From: Planctomycetota bacterium
Lineage (GTDB): Bacteria > Planctomycetota > GCA-002687715 > CAIWVZ01
Reading direction: 5' to 3'
Length of the DNA stretch: 64,000 nt
Assembly: GCA_044222185.1 (NCBI GenBank)
Contig: JBGANV010000014.1
Coordinates: 1-64,000 of the forward strand
In this document: positions 30,033-39,700 of the stretch, one piece after another
How positions within the stretch are numbered: position 1 is the stretch's first letter
How the letters are laid out: each line of letters opens with the position of its first letter
Made by a program: the position numbers and the translations under genes
The notes under the pieces: generated by a model
The model's input: only the letters and a program-made list of their open reading frames with translations
Told to the model about the DNA's origin: nothing
The model's database searches: none

Positions 30033-30728
30033 GTGATCATCCCGTTGCGAGCGGAGTCCGGTTCGGATGCGATTCCGGTGGGGACCCTTCTGGTCCTCGC
30101 CGCGAACGTGATCGTCCACGTCGCCAGGTTCGTCGTCGAGACCGATTGGGTCGCAGCGGGGGCGCTCGCGTTCGGGAAGCTTCACCCGCACCAGTGGGTC
30201 ACGAGCCTCTTCCTGCATGACGACTGGCTGCACCTGCTCGGCAACATGCTCTTCCTCTGGGTCTTCGGACTCCTCGTCGAAGCGATCTGCGGTGCGTGGA
30301 AGTTCGTCGTCGTCTTTCTGCTTTCAGGCGTGCTCGCGTCCGCGTTCGAGCAGATCATCATGCTCGACATCAACCCGACGCTCGCCCCGCGCGAAGGGCC
30401 CGCCTACGGATTGGGAGCATCGGGCGCCATCTTCGGGCTCGCCGCCGCGGCGCTGCTGTGGGCGCCGACGGCACGCGTTTCCGGCGTCTACATGATCGGG
30501 ATGCGCGCCGATACGTTCCGAGTGAAGGCCCGGACGCTGGTGGTCGGATACCTCCTGTGGGAACTCGTCGGGCTTGCGATGCTCGGATTCACCATGAGCT
30601 CCGAGCTCGGCCACGTCACGGGCGCCGTCTTCGGGTGGTTGATCGCATACGTGATGCTCAAGCTCCGTTGGGTGAACACCGAGGGATGGGACCTGCTGTC
30701 GGCGAAGAGCGGTCGCACGGCCTGGTGA
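30033..30728 (+). CDS. Rhomboid intramembrane serine protease
   Basis: FLH..WLHLLGNM, GASG and H..GA.FG motifs; GTG start with AAGGAGG RBS. Confidence 0.9.
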   Translation: MIIPLRAESGSDAIPVGTLLVLAANVIVHVARFVVETDWVAAGALAFGKLHPHQWVTSLFLHDDWLHLLGNMLFLWVFGLLVEAICGAWKFVVVFLLSGVLASAFEQIIMLDINPTLAPREGPAYGLGASGAIFGLAAAALLWAPTARVSGVYMIGMRADTFRVKARTLVVGYLLWELVGLAMLGFTMSSELGHVTGAVFGWLIAYVMLKLRWVNTEGWDLLSAKSGRTAW

Positions 30729-30917
30729 CCCGATCGGAACGCCGCTGCAACCTCGACGGCGAGGACGTCCGACGGACCATGGGGCTGGCGCGGCTTCGGC
30801 GTCGGCGGGCGTTGGCCGCCGAACACGCGGAGGCACGGCGATTCCTCGCGTGCCTTTCACGACGCGTGGCGAGCCGGCGACGCCGCGCAGCAAACGTGCG
30901 GCGCGGCGTCCCTGCGA

Positions 30918-33900
30918 TCACGGCACGTAGTAGACGACCGTGAGCGTCGGCGCGCTCCCCGACGTTTCCGCCGAGAAGAAGCCGATGGAGTCCTGAACGG
31001 CGTCGTTGTCGCTCGCCGTCTGGTACCGCAGGCGGATCTGCGTCGGACCTGCGCGGTTCACCGCCGCGAGGCCCGTGGAACCGATCGGCGAATCCGACGC
31101 GGCGCCGTTGGAGGCGGGCACCGTCACCGTCATCCCCTTGCTCACGAAGACGAACCCGCCGGGCGTGTTCTGGAAGTCGTTGACCGCGAGCGCCGTGCTG
31201 GCACCGAAGTACCCGGCAACGATGTCGCCCCAGAGCGAGCCGAACGGGGTGGTGTTGCCAGACGATGCGCCGCGCACGAGGTGAAGCGACGCCGTGTCGA
31301 CGACCGCCGTATCCGGAAGCGTCGACGTGTCGAACGACACGAACCCACGGAACTGCTGCGCCGAGGCGTTGTCGCCCACGCGGATCGCGTTGCCGGTGTT
31401 GTTCGTGGCGTTGGCGCTGCCGCCATTCCCGCCAGTGCCCTCGGTGATCCACCCATCCTCCGCGGCGATGGACGTGAACGTCACCGTGACCAGGGTCTTG
31501 AACACTGCCGTGACCGTGTGAGGTCCGTTCATCGTGAGCGTGGTCGTGAGCGCGGTCGCGTTCGCGATGTCACTTGGTGTTCCGGTGGTGCTCCAACCCA
31601 GGAACTTGCAGCCGGCCGGGGACGTCGCCGTGAGCAGCACGGTGGACCCATGGGGGACGCCGCCGTTGGGCGTGTCCGCGGTCGCGGATCCGCAGCCCGT
31701 CGCGCTCAACGAGAATGCGTGGACTTGCTGGATCTTCGGTGCACCCCACAGCGAGAAGTCGCCTTGCGCCTTGGTTCGGCCGTGGACCTCGAACTCGATG
31801 TCCACCGTCTTGCCGGCGTAGGCCGCGAGTGAGACGTCGCGCCGGCCCGACCACTGGTTCGAGCGCCACTCCGCCGCGAACTCGCGCTTGCGAACGCGCG
31901 TCGCGAGGTCCCGTACCCAGATCGAGTAGTCGACGCCGTCCGCGGAGAGATTGCCGTCCTTGATCCCGATGTAGGTGCTGAGGGCCAGGTCGGCGACGTT
32001 CGGCAGCGTGAGTCGGCGCCAGCGAGCCGTCTTTCGCTGACCCAGGTACGTCGCCGCAGGCTGGGCGATCGACGGCTTGACGACCCCTCCGCAAGCCGCG
32101 GTGTTGTCCACGAAGTGGTTGTTCGCCGTCCCGAAGTCGATGAACTGGAGCTCACCGTTCGTGTCGACGAGCGGATCCGTCCCGTAGATCTTCAGGTTCT
32201 CACCCATCCCGGCGCCTAGCTTCTGGATGAAGTCGTAGGGGAGCGTCACCGCGAGGCTCGATGGTCCTGGGGGCCGAGGCGCGCCCTTCTTCGCCATCAT
32301 CAGCGAGCGGATCTGCGACGTGAAGCTGTTGTTCTTCGCGAGGACGATCTCGCTGGGAACGTAGATCTGGCCGGCGAGCTTCGACGGGTAGATGGCGATC
32401 TGCTCGATGGGAGCTCCGGGCGGCATCGATGCCGCGAGGTCCACGACGAACCACTGCCATGCCGCCGTGTCGGAGTGGATCGGCACGTTCGGGATGAAGA
32501 CGATGTTGCCGGCCGATTGGATCGCCACGTCGATGGTCGTCGGTTTCGCGATCCCCGTCGTGGACGTGAAGTAGGCGAGCAGGCAGAGGTACGGATAGTC
32601 GTCCACGAGCTTGCCGGTCATCACAGGCGACAGGACGACCGCCGCCGGCGTCGTGCTGAACAGCTGGCAGTTGTTCGCGCTGCTACCGCCCGGGCACGGC
32701 GGCGAGGAACCGACCGGGCAGAATCCTCCGGTGGTCCACGTGCCGACACCTGGGACCGAGGAGAAGCCCGTGCACGTGGACTTGTCCCAGGTCCAGCGCA
32801 TCGTCATGTCGAACGCCGGCGCCTCGGTCGAGCCCCAGTACATGGGGCTCAACATCTGGGCACCGTGGGTCCACGTCGATTGAACCGAGTCGATGAAGGC
32901 CTGCGATTCGTCGAACGTGCCGGCGGTGCCCGTGATGTAAGGGCTCCATTCCGGACAGCCCCAGGCATCGTCCATCGCGGCCAGGTTCAGATACTGGGCG
33001 CGGTGGGTCAGCGTGTCGTGCGAGGTGTAGATGGTCACACCGGCGAAGCCCCCGTTGCTGCCGATCTGTTCCCACGAGTCGAGCCACTCCTCGTTGTGAG
33101 GCGTCGCGCGACTCACGTGAACGGACGAATTGGGACCGGCCGCGTGATTGAAGATCCGGTTTCCGGGAACGCCGGCCGACCGGAGCCACGTCACGAACGT
33201 CTCGACGTAATCCTCGAGCACCTTCTCGCGGAAGTTGCACCACAGATGCCAGTACGCCGTCCGCGGCGCGCTCAACAGATGCGGGTAGTTCCGGGGCGGA
33301 TCCACGGCTGCCCAGGTCGCGGGGGGCAGGGTGTGGTCGAAACCGAAGCCGCCCGACGTCGGATAGTCGACGCGGTAGTCGCTCCAGAAGGTCCTCCCGT
33401 CGCCGTTGGAGTCGACGGTCGGCGACGAGTCGTTGTAAACGGTCGAGGCCAGCCAGTTCTGGAACGCCGTGATCATCAGCGGGTTGTAGTCCTGGACCGC
33501 CGGCCGATTCCCGCTCGTCGAATCGTAGGGCTGCTTCGAGAGGGGCGCGCCGCCGCTGAACGAGCCGAAGTGGATCTCCGGGTCGAGCATGAAGCCCGCC
33601 AGCAAACCCTGGTATCGCGGCAGGCTGGCGTACGCGAGGACCTGCTGTGCTCCCATCGTGATGTTGCGCTGCAGGTAGGCCAGGTACTCGGAATGCAGCA
33701 GGCACGGCTGAGCCCACGAGAACGCCGCGAACGATCCCGAGAGGTCGAACGTCGCGGGATCGTCGTCCGGGTCGACGACGTTCGACACGTCGTACATGCA
33801 GTAGCCCTTGCCGCGGGCCTCCATCATCAGGTCGAGGTCGACGTTGTCGGCCGCGAACGAAGCAAAGTTGATGTCAGCGTCGTGCCCCGGCGGCCGCATG

Positions 33901-34469
33901 CCACCGTAGGAGCCTGCGGCCTGAATCTGGAATGCGACGGGGATCCCGGAGTAACGCGCCCACTCGAACGCGGCGATCACGCGCGGCAGCTTGGCGAGCG
34001 TCGGCTGGCCCGTGAACCAGCTGGGCGCATCGTCGTCCGTCGAGCCCGTGAACCCGGTGAGCACCTCCGGAGGCATGTCGGCCATCGTCACGCCCGGGGG
34101 TGCGGGGACCGCCCGCCACTCCGGGCAGCGGTTCGCGAAGTACATGTAGTCCTTCGACTGGCCCTCGGTGATGCTCGAGTACGACAGTTCCACGGCCATG
34201 CCGACCTTGGCGTAGTGTCCGCCGCCGGTCTCGGGCGACGCGTCGCCGCCGCCGGCCATCTTCTTCACCATGGGCGCGACGAAGTTCGGGTCTCCGCCGA
34301 AGACGACGTACATCGTCTGGGAGTAGTCCGTGGATGCGGAGTAGGCCGCCGGCACCGGTGCCGGCGGGGGCGGGTTCGGCGCTGGTGACGGCAACTGCGC
34401 CGTGACGCGTGTGAGCGCCGTCGACACGAGTGCTGCCAGGAGACAGGAGCGAAGGACGCGGTGACTCAT
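30918..34469 (-). CDS. Exported multidomain protein: putative clan GH-A glycoside hydrolase barrel, NPCBM-like domain, B-repeat and DNRLRE/CBM96-like C-terminus
   Basis: Signal peptide TA|Q; LDPEIHF, DYNP...AFQNWL, W.NFRE and WGCPEWSP; DGVDY..W; DGWITEG...FVSFDTSTLP. Confidence 0.65.
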   Translation of the reverse strand: MSHRVLRSCLLAALVSTALTRVTAQLPSPAPNPPPPAPVPAAYSASTDYSQTMYVVFGGDPNFVAPMVKKMAGGGDASPETGGGHYAKVGMAVELSYSSITEGQSKDYMYFANRCPEWRAVPAPPGVTMADMPPEVLTGFTGSTDDDAPSWFTGQPTLAKLPRVIAAFEWARYSGIPVAFQIQAAGSYGGMRPPGHDADINFASFAADNVDLDLMMEARGKGYCMYDVSNVVDPDDDPATFDLSGSFAAFSWAQPCLLHSEYLAYLQRNITMGAQQVLAYASLPRYQGLLAGFMLDPEIHFGSFSGGAPLSKQPYDSTSGNRPAVQDYNPLMITAFQNWLASTVYNDSSPTVDSNGDGRTFWSDYRVDYPTSGGFGFDHTLPPATWAAVDPPRNYPHLLSAPRTAYWHLWCNFREKVLEDYVETFVTWLRSAGVPGNRIFNHAAGPNSSVHVSRATPHNEEWLDSWEQIGSNGGFAGVTIYTSHDTLTHRAQYLNLAAMDDAWGCPEWSPYITGTAGTFDESQAFIDSVQSTWTHGAQMLSPMYWGSTEAPAFDMTMRWTWDKSTCTGFSSVPGVGTWTTGGFCPVGSSPPCPGGSSANNCQLFSTTPAAVVLSPVMTGKLVDDYPYLCLLAYFTSTTGIAKPTTIDVAIQSAGNIVFIPNVPIHSDTAAWQWFVVDLAASMPPGAPIEQIAIYPSKLAGQIYVPSEIVLAKNNSFTSQIRSLMMAKKGAPRPPGPSSLAVTLPYDFIQKLGAGMGENLKIYGTDPLVDTNGELQFIDFGTANNHFVDNTAACGGVVKPSIAQPAATYLGQRKTARWRRLTLPNVADLALSTYIGIKDGNLSADGVDYSIWVRDLATRVRKREFAAEWRSNQWSGRRDVSLAAYAGKTVDIEFEVHGRTKAQGDFSLWGAPKIQQVHAFSLSATGCGSATADTPNGGVPHGSTVLLTATSPAGCKFLGWSTTGTPSDIANATALTTTLTMNGPHTVTAVFKTLVTVTFTSIAAEDGWITEGTGGNGGSANATNNTGNAIRVGDNASAQQFRGFVSFDTSTLPDTAVVDTASLHLVRGASSGNTTPFGSLWGDIVAGYFGASTALAVNDFQNTPGGFVFVSKGMTVTVPASNGAASDSPIGSTGLAAVNRAGPTQIRLRYQTASDNDAVQDSIGFFSAETSGSAPTLTVVYYVP

Positions 34470-34696
34470 CGTGGTCCTCGAAGTCCCAGACGTGCTGGGT
34501 GCTTGGTGGTGCTGTGGGCCACCCGCTCCAATGCCGCGCCCGGGGCAGTCGTTCCCCGACATCGGTTCGCGCCGCTTCGTCAGGCGTGGCGGAAAAAATC
34601 ACGTCGCATCCTCGCCGCGCCGTCGCCTGTCAGGTCAGGGACCGGTCCGGCGACGGCACGGGCTGTGCTGACACGCACGCAGAGGAGACCTCGAAG

Positions 34697-34912
34697 ATGA
34701 TGAAGCCCAATCAGGACGTTCTCGCCGGCAAGTGGAAGCAACTCGTGGGCAAGGCCAAGCAGAAATGGGGCAAACTGACGGACGACGAGCTCCTGCGTAC
34801 CGAGGGCCGCGTGGAACAGCTCACAGGCCTCGTTCAGGAACGGTACGGTAAGGAACGCGCCGCGGCGGCGGCAGAAGTGACCGCCTTCCTCGAGGAGTGC
34901 GGCTGCAACTAG
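34697..34912 (+). CDS. csbD: CsbD-family stress protein
   Basis: GKWKQLVGKAKQKWGKLTDDEL...LVQERYG; GAGGAG RBS. Confidence 0.9.
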   Translation: MMKPNQDVLAGKWKQLVGKAKQKWGKLTDDELLRTEGRVEQLTGLVQERYGKERAAAAAEVTAFLEECGCN

Positions 34913-35088
34913 CGCGCTGTTCACCGGCATCGAACCGCGACGACGCGTCCCATGAGCGTCGTCGCGGCAGCTGCGCGCGACGCCGTTCCGTCGGCGTAGG
35001 CCGATCCTGCGGCGTGCGCCGGCTTGTGGCGTGCCTCACGGTGCGCACCGCCCCGCCGATGCGAGGCGGCTCGGCACGCGTCGAGCGT

Positions 35089-36462
35089 TCATTGCACGGT
35101 GAATCGGATCGCCGGCGACACGCATCCCAGCCCGCCACCCGTCACGTCGAGGCAGATGCCGTCGAACGCGAGCCCGGGTGGAACAGCGAAGGGCCCCGCC
35201 GACGCCGATGTTCGTGCGGCGATGAAGTGGAATGGCTTCACGCCGACGGGCATCCCGATCTGCCAGAGGAGTTCGGTCAGATCGTTCGCGCACAGTCCAA
35301 GCAGCGGGCCGCTTCCCGGATCGCCTCCACAGAGCTGCGTGCTGTACAGGTTGAAGTACTCATGGCCCGGGACCATCTCGCAGTTCGTGATGAACATCGC
35401 GGTTCCCGGCCCACTGGCCTGCACGATCTCGAGGATGGGCCTCGGCGACGACCATCGCGTGAGGTAGCCAGCGGATATGCTGCTGCTGCACGCACACCCA
35501 CCCACGACCAGGCCAGCACGAAAGAGCTGGAAGGTGGCGACGGGCGCGGTGAGACCCGAGTCGAGCGCGTGCCACGAGGTGCCGTTCCATCCCGCAACGC
35601 GGAGTGCTGGTACGCCACCTGCCGTCGTGAACGCTCCACCGGCGATCAGTTCGCCGTCGAACGTCGTGATGGCGCGCACTCCGGAATCCAGACCGGCTCC
35701 GAGCGCATGCCAGTCGACTCCGTCCCACGCCGCGATCCGGTTCGCGGGAATGCCATTCGCCGCCGTGAAATACCCACCGGCGATCAGCTCACCGCCATGG
35801 GTCGCGAGCACTGCGACGTCTCCGTTGATCGATCCCAGCGAACCAGCCGCCGAGGCCATGAACCCGCGGCTGATCTGCGTTTGATGGTTCACGATGTCGA
35901 GTAGCGCCCAGGTCACGTCGTTGCCGTGGCTCGTCACCGCCGTGGGAACGACCATGGTCATCGGCGCATCGACGCTCCACGACGTCCCATTCCAGCGTGC
36001 GCGGACGCCGATCGTGCCCTGATGACCCGGGTCGGAACTCGTCACCGATCCACCGGCGAACAGCGCGCCGTCGTGAACCGTCATCGTTCCGATCGACATC
36101 CCGGCCGTCGGGAGCGGCAGCGGTTGCCATGTCGAACCGGTCCAGGCGGTGAGGCCGCCGCATTCGGCGATCAGAGTCCCGTTCAGCACGGCCAGTTCGC
36201 GAATCGGGTCGGCGACGCCGGCCCCGAGTGCGCTCCACTTGGATCCGTTGAACGCGGCGACATGGCGTGCGGGGACGCCGTCGGCGCTGGTGAACCCACC
36301 GCCTGCGATCAGTCGACCGTCGTAGACCGCGAGCGCCGTCACGGCCCCATCGAACCCCGAACCCACCGTCGACCAGGTCGGGGGAGGACATTGACCCGGA
36401 GTCGCGGGCGCCACGGCGACGAACACCACCAGCACCAACCAGGACGTTTGAAGCCTTGTCAT
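35089..36462 (-). CDS. Exported ~7-blade repeat propeller protein, C-terminal domain shared with the 27111 gene
   Basis: Signal peptide PG|Q; G.LIAGG.FT.A.G.PA..(I/V)A.W.G..W repeats. Confidence 0.85.
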   Translation of the reverse strand: MTRLQTSWLVLVVFVAVAPATPGQCPPPTWSTVGSGFDGAVTALAVYDGRLIAGGGFTSADGVPARHVAAFNGSKWSALGAGVADPIRELAVLNGTLIAECGGLTAWTGSTWQPLPLPTAGMSIGTMTVHDGALFAGGSVTSSDPGHQGTIGVRARWNGTSWSVDAPMTMVVPTAVTSHGNDVTWALLDIVNHQTQISRGFMASAAGSLGSINGDVAVLATHGGELIAGGYFTAANGIPANRIAAWDGVDWHALGAGLDSGVRAITTFDGELIAGGAFTTAGGVPALRVAGWNGTSWHALDSGLTAPVATFQLFRAGLVVGGCACSSSISAGYLTRWSSPRPILEIVQASGPGTAMFITNCEMVPGHEYFNLYSTQLCGGDPGSGPLLGLCANDLTELLWQIGMPVGVKPFHFIAARTSASAGPFAVPPGLAFDGICLDVTGGGLGCVSPAIRFTVQ

Positions 36463-36670
36463 GGTAGCCCCCAGTTCTGCCTGCCGAGCCGAGTCGATCG
36501 TAGAGAGGCGACGGCGGCCGAGGCATGCCTCCTAGGAGGTAGAGCCGCCGCAATGGGCGTAGGCCATTCGGCTTGGGCAGTGCCGGCAGACGAGGTCCGA
36601 CCGACTGGGGCGCGGCAGCCACGCGTTGGAGCGCGCCGCCCTCGCTCTCGTCGCCGATTCGTCCGCGCCT

Positions 36671-36696
36671 GTTAGGTCCGGACCGCGACCGCCTTC
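36671..36696 (+). promoter_or_regulatory. Conserved upstream motif GTTAGGTC-N11-CGCCTTC, copy 1
   Basis: Same motif and spacing upstream of both protease-like paralogs. Confidence 0.55.
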
Positions 36697-36724
36697 TCCT
36701 GGTACCCCATCAGGAGACTCATTC

Positions 36725-39700
36725 ATGATCCCGCGCATCGCCGTGATCTGCCTCGTCGTGTCGGTTTTCGCCGGCGCGCAGATGGCCGACCTCTCACTCC
36801 ACAACGTGCCGGTCGACCTCGCCTCGGGTCCGCGCACGAACCCCACATCGTTCCCGACGATCGTCTGGACGGAGACGCTCGCGTTCCCGGGCACGACGTG
36901 CGTTCAGGTGCATCTCGCCGACCTCGCGCTCCAGGACGAGGACGACGCGCTCGTCGTCACGTCGCTCGGTGACTCCGACCAGCAGGTGCTGCGACTCTCG
37001 AACGTGAAGTTCTGGGAGAACCACTCGGCCTGGTTCAACGGTCCGGGAGTGACGCTCGAACTCCGACTCGCGCCGGGCTCGTCCGGGTCCGTGACCGTGG
37101 ACTCGGCTTGGGTTTCGGCGCCGACGATCGCGCAACCCGACACGATCTGTCAGACGGACGACCGCACCCCGTTTGGAAGCGGCGTGATTTGTCGCCTCGT
37201 GGCGTCGGCGGCACAGACCGGCGGCGGATGCACGGGGTTCCTGGTCACGAACACGTCCATGATCCTCTCGGCCGGAAGTTGCGTGGGTACTCAATTCACC
37301 GTCGCCGAATTCAACTGTCCGTTCTCGACGACGGGCGGTCTGATCGTTCATCCCGCGGTGGCCGAGCAGTTCCCGGTGGACTCGTCGACGATCCTGTCCG
37401 CCAACGGTGCCGCCGGTGCCAACTGGGCCGTCGCGCGGCTCCATCCGAACAGCACGGGCGGGACGGCGGCTGGAGCCCACGGGTTCCTGACCGTCGCCAC
37501 GAGCTACCCGACGCTCGCCAACGTCGCGTGCTCGGTCCGCGGGTATGGCGCCGATGCGTCACCCGACCCCACACGCAACTTCGTATTGCAGAGTGACACG
37601 GCGACGCTCGCGTCCGTGTCCGGTCACGTGCTCCATCACACGTGCGACACGAACACTGGGAGCGAAGGTTCCCCGATCCTCGTCAACAACGAAGTCGTCG
37701 GGATCAACACGCACGGCGGATGCAACCCCACGCCGATCTCGCTCTCGAATGCGGGCACCGGTGTCCTCGAGTCCTCGCTCCAGGTGGCACGGACGGCGAC
37801 CTCGGGTTGCGCCACGGTGACACCGCCGGATGGCAACCCCGTCAACGCGCCGTGCAGCAACACGATCCTCACGATCGTTCCCGTCGCCAGCCAGTGGAAC
37901 GTGGTGGGTGTGAACGGCCCAGGTGACTGGGACGTCGCGGTGAGCGGTGTCTCCTCCACACGACCAGGCGGTTCCGCGGATTTCGTGTTCGCGGACGGAC
38001 GCGCGGGGACGATCCCGCCCGCCAGCGGCAACGTCTTCAACTCCTTCAGCGGTTCGAACGCACCGGTCCAGTTCCGCAGCGAATCGAACATCATCAATGC
38101 GGGCGCTGCCGCCCAGTTCAACTGGAACGCGCTCGACGTCTTCCGCGCGTTCGCGATCAACGTGACCAGCGCGGGCGGTCACGACGTCTTCATCCATGGC
38201 GACCCGCAGTTGACCTACTCGCTCTACACCGCTGCGGGTACGACGGCGTGGCGATCGCGGTCGGCTCTCACACCGACGGCCGCCGGTACGGCTGGCGATG
38301 GTGGGCAGGTCGGAGTGAATCTCCCCGTCGGCGTCCACCTGCTCGTGATCGCGCGGACCGGGGGCGTGGGCACCGTGCCCCAGACTCTCTACACGGTGAA
38401 CGTCTGCCCGTCGGTCGCAGCCGTCACCGTGCCGGTGAACGGGGTCGCGTCATCGACGGCCGCGTGCAACCGGCTGGGCGTGACTCCGGTCTCCGTGCAG
38501 TGGAACGTCGTGATGCTGGGATCGTTGTCCGACTGGAACCTGGGTGTCGGCGCGGCGCAGTCGAATTCGCTCGCGGCGAGCACCGAGTGCGTGGTGGCAA
38601 ACGGAACGCTCGGCGCCGTGACGCCGAACGTCGGATCGGCCTGGCGTGTCGGCGGCAGCCTCGGAGCGACGTTCGAACATCGCACGCCGGCAGCGATCGC
38701 GGTCGGATCGGTTGCGACGACGACGATCCCGGCTGGATCCATCGGGCGCGCATTCGCGTTCACGATCACGACGCCAGGACAGCACGGCATCATGTTCCCC
38801 GTGGCTCCGTCGAGTTTCGCCTGGCAACTCTTCGACGCCGGGACGTCGCCCGCGTGGCGTGCGAAGTCGGCGGCCGTGGCGTCGGGGACCGTATCGGCCA
38901 CGCCGGCGACGGTCACCCTCACCGCGGGTCAGTATCTGCTCGTCGCCCACGCGGAGCCGGGCCCCGTGGCCGCGTCCACGCTCATGCGCGTCCTCGTGGC
39001 TCCGACCGTCGCGACGCTCACGCTCGTGCAGGGGACGACCAACAGCGCCAACGGCGCCGCCACGCCGTTCATCCACACGCCTCAGCCCAACGTCTGGAAC
39101 GTCGTCGCAGCCACCTCCGACGCCACCACCGGCGACGACCTGACGATCGGTGCGGTCGACTCGGCAGGGAGCGGCAACGGAGTCGCCGAGATGCTCGTCG
39201 CCGATGGGCACGCGGGCGTGATCGACGCGACGCCGGGCATCGTGACACGCACCACTGGTGCCGCCTCGATCTCCATCGAACACGCGGTGAGAACCCTCCT
39301 GCCGTTCAATTCCGTGCTCAACGACTCCATGGGAACGGCGGACGTCGTGCGGCTCTACGAGTTCAACGCACCGGTCGCGGCGTCCTACCAGATCGTCGTA
39401 TCGGGCGCTCCGAGCCTGCGTTTCCGCCTCTACGCGCCGAGCGGTTCGTCAGCCTGGGTGCCGAAGCTCTCTTCCATCGCGAACGGACTCGCCAACGGCG
39501 GGACGACGCTCGTGTCGCTCGCGCCGGGAGCCCACGCGCTCGTCGTTCATCGCGACGGTGCGACGGGCACGGCCGCGTCCTACAGCCTCACGGTCACGCC
39601 GGCGCCCAGCGGCCAGCCGGCGATCACCGGACTCTCGCCCGCCACCGTGACTGCCGGTGCCGCCCAGTTCACGCTGACCGTCAACGGCACGGGAATCACG

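Noticed and set aside
30033-30728. Rhombosortase processing the shared C-terminal domains
   Set aside because: Those domains lack the TM helix and basic tail of GlyGly-CTERM; proximity is the only support.
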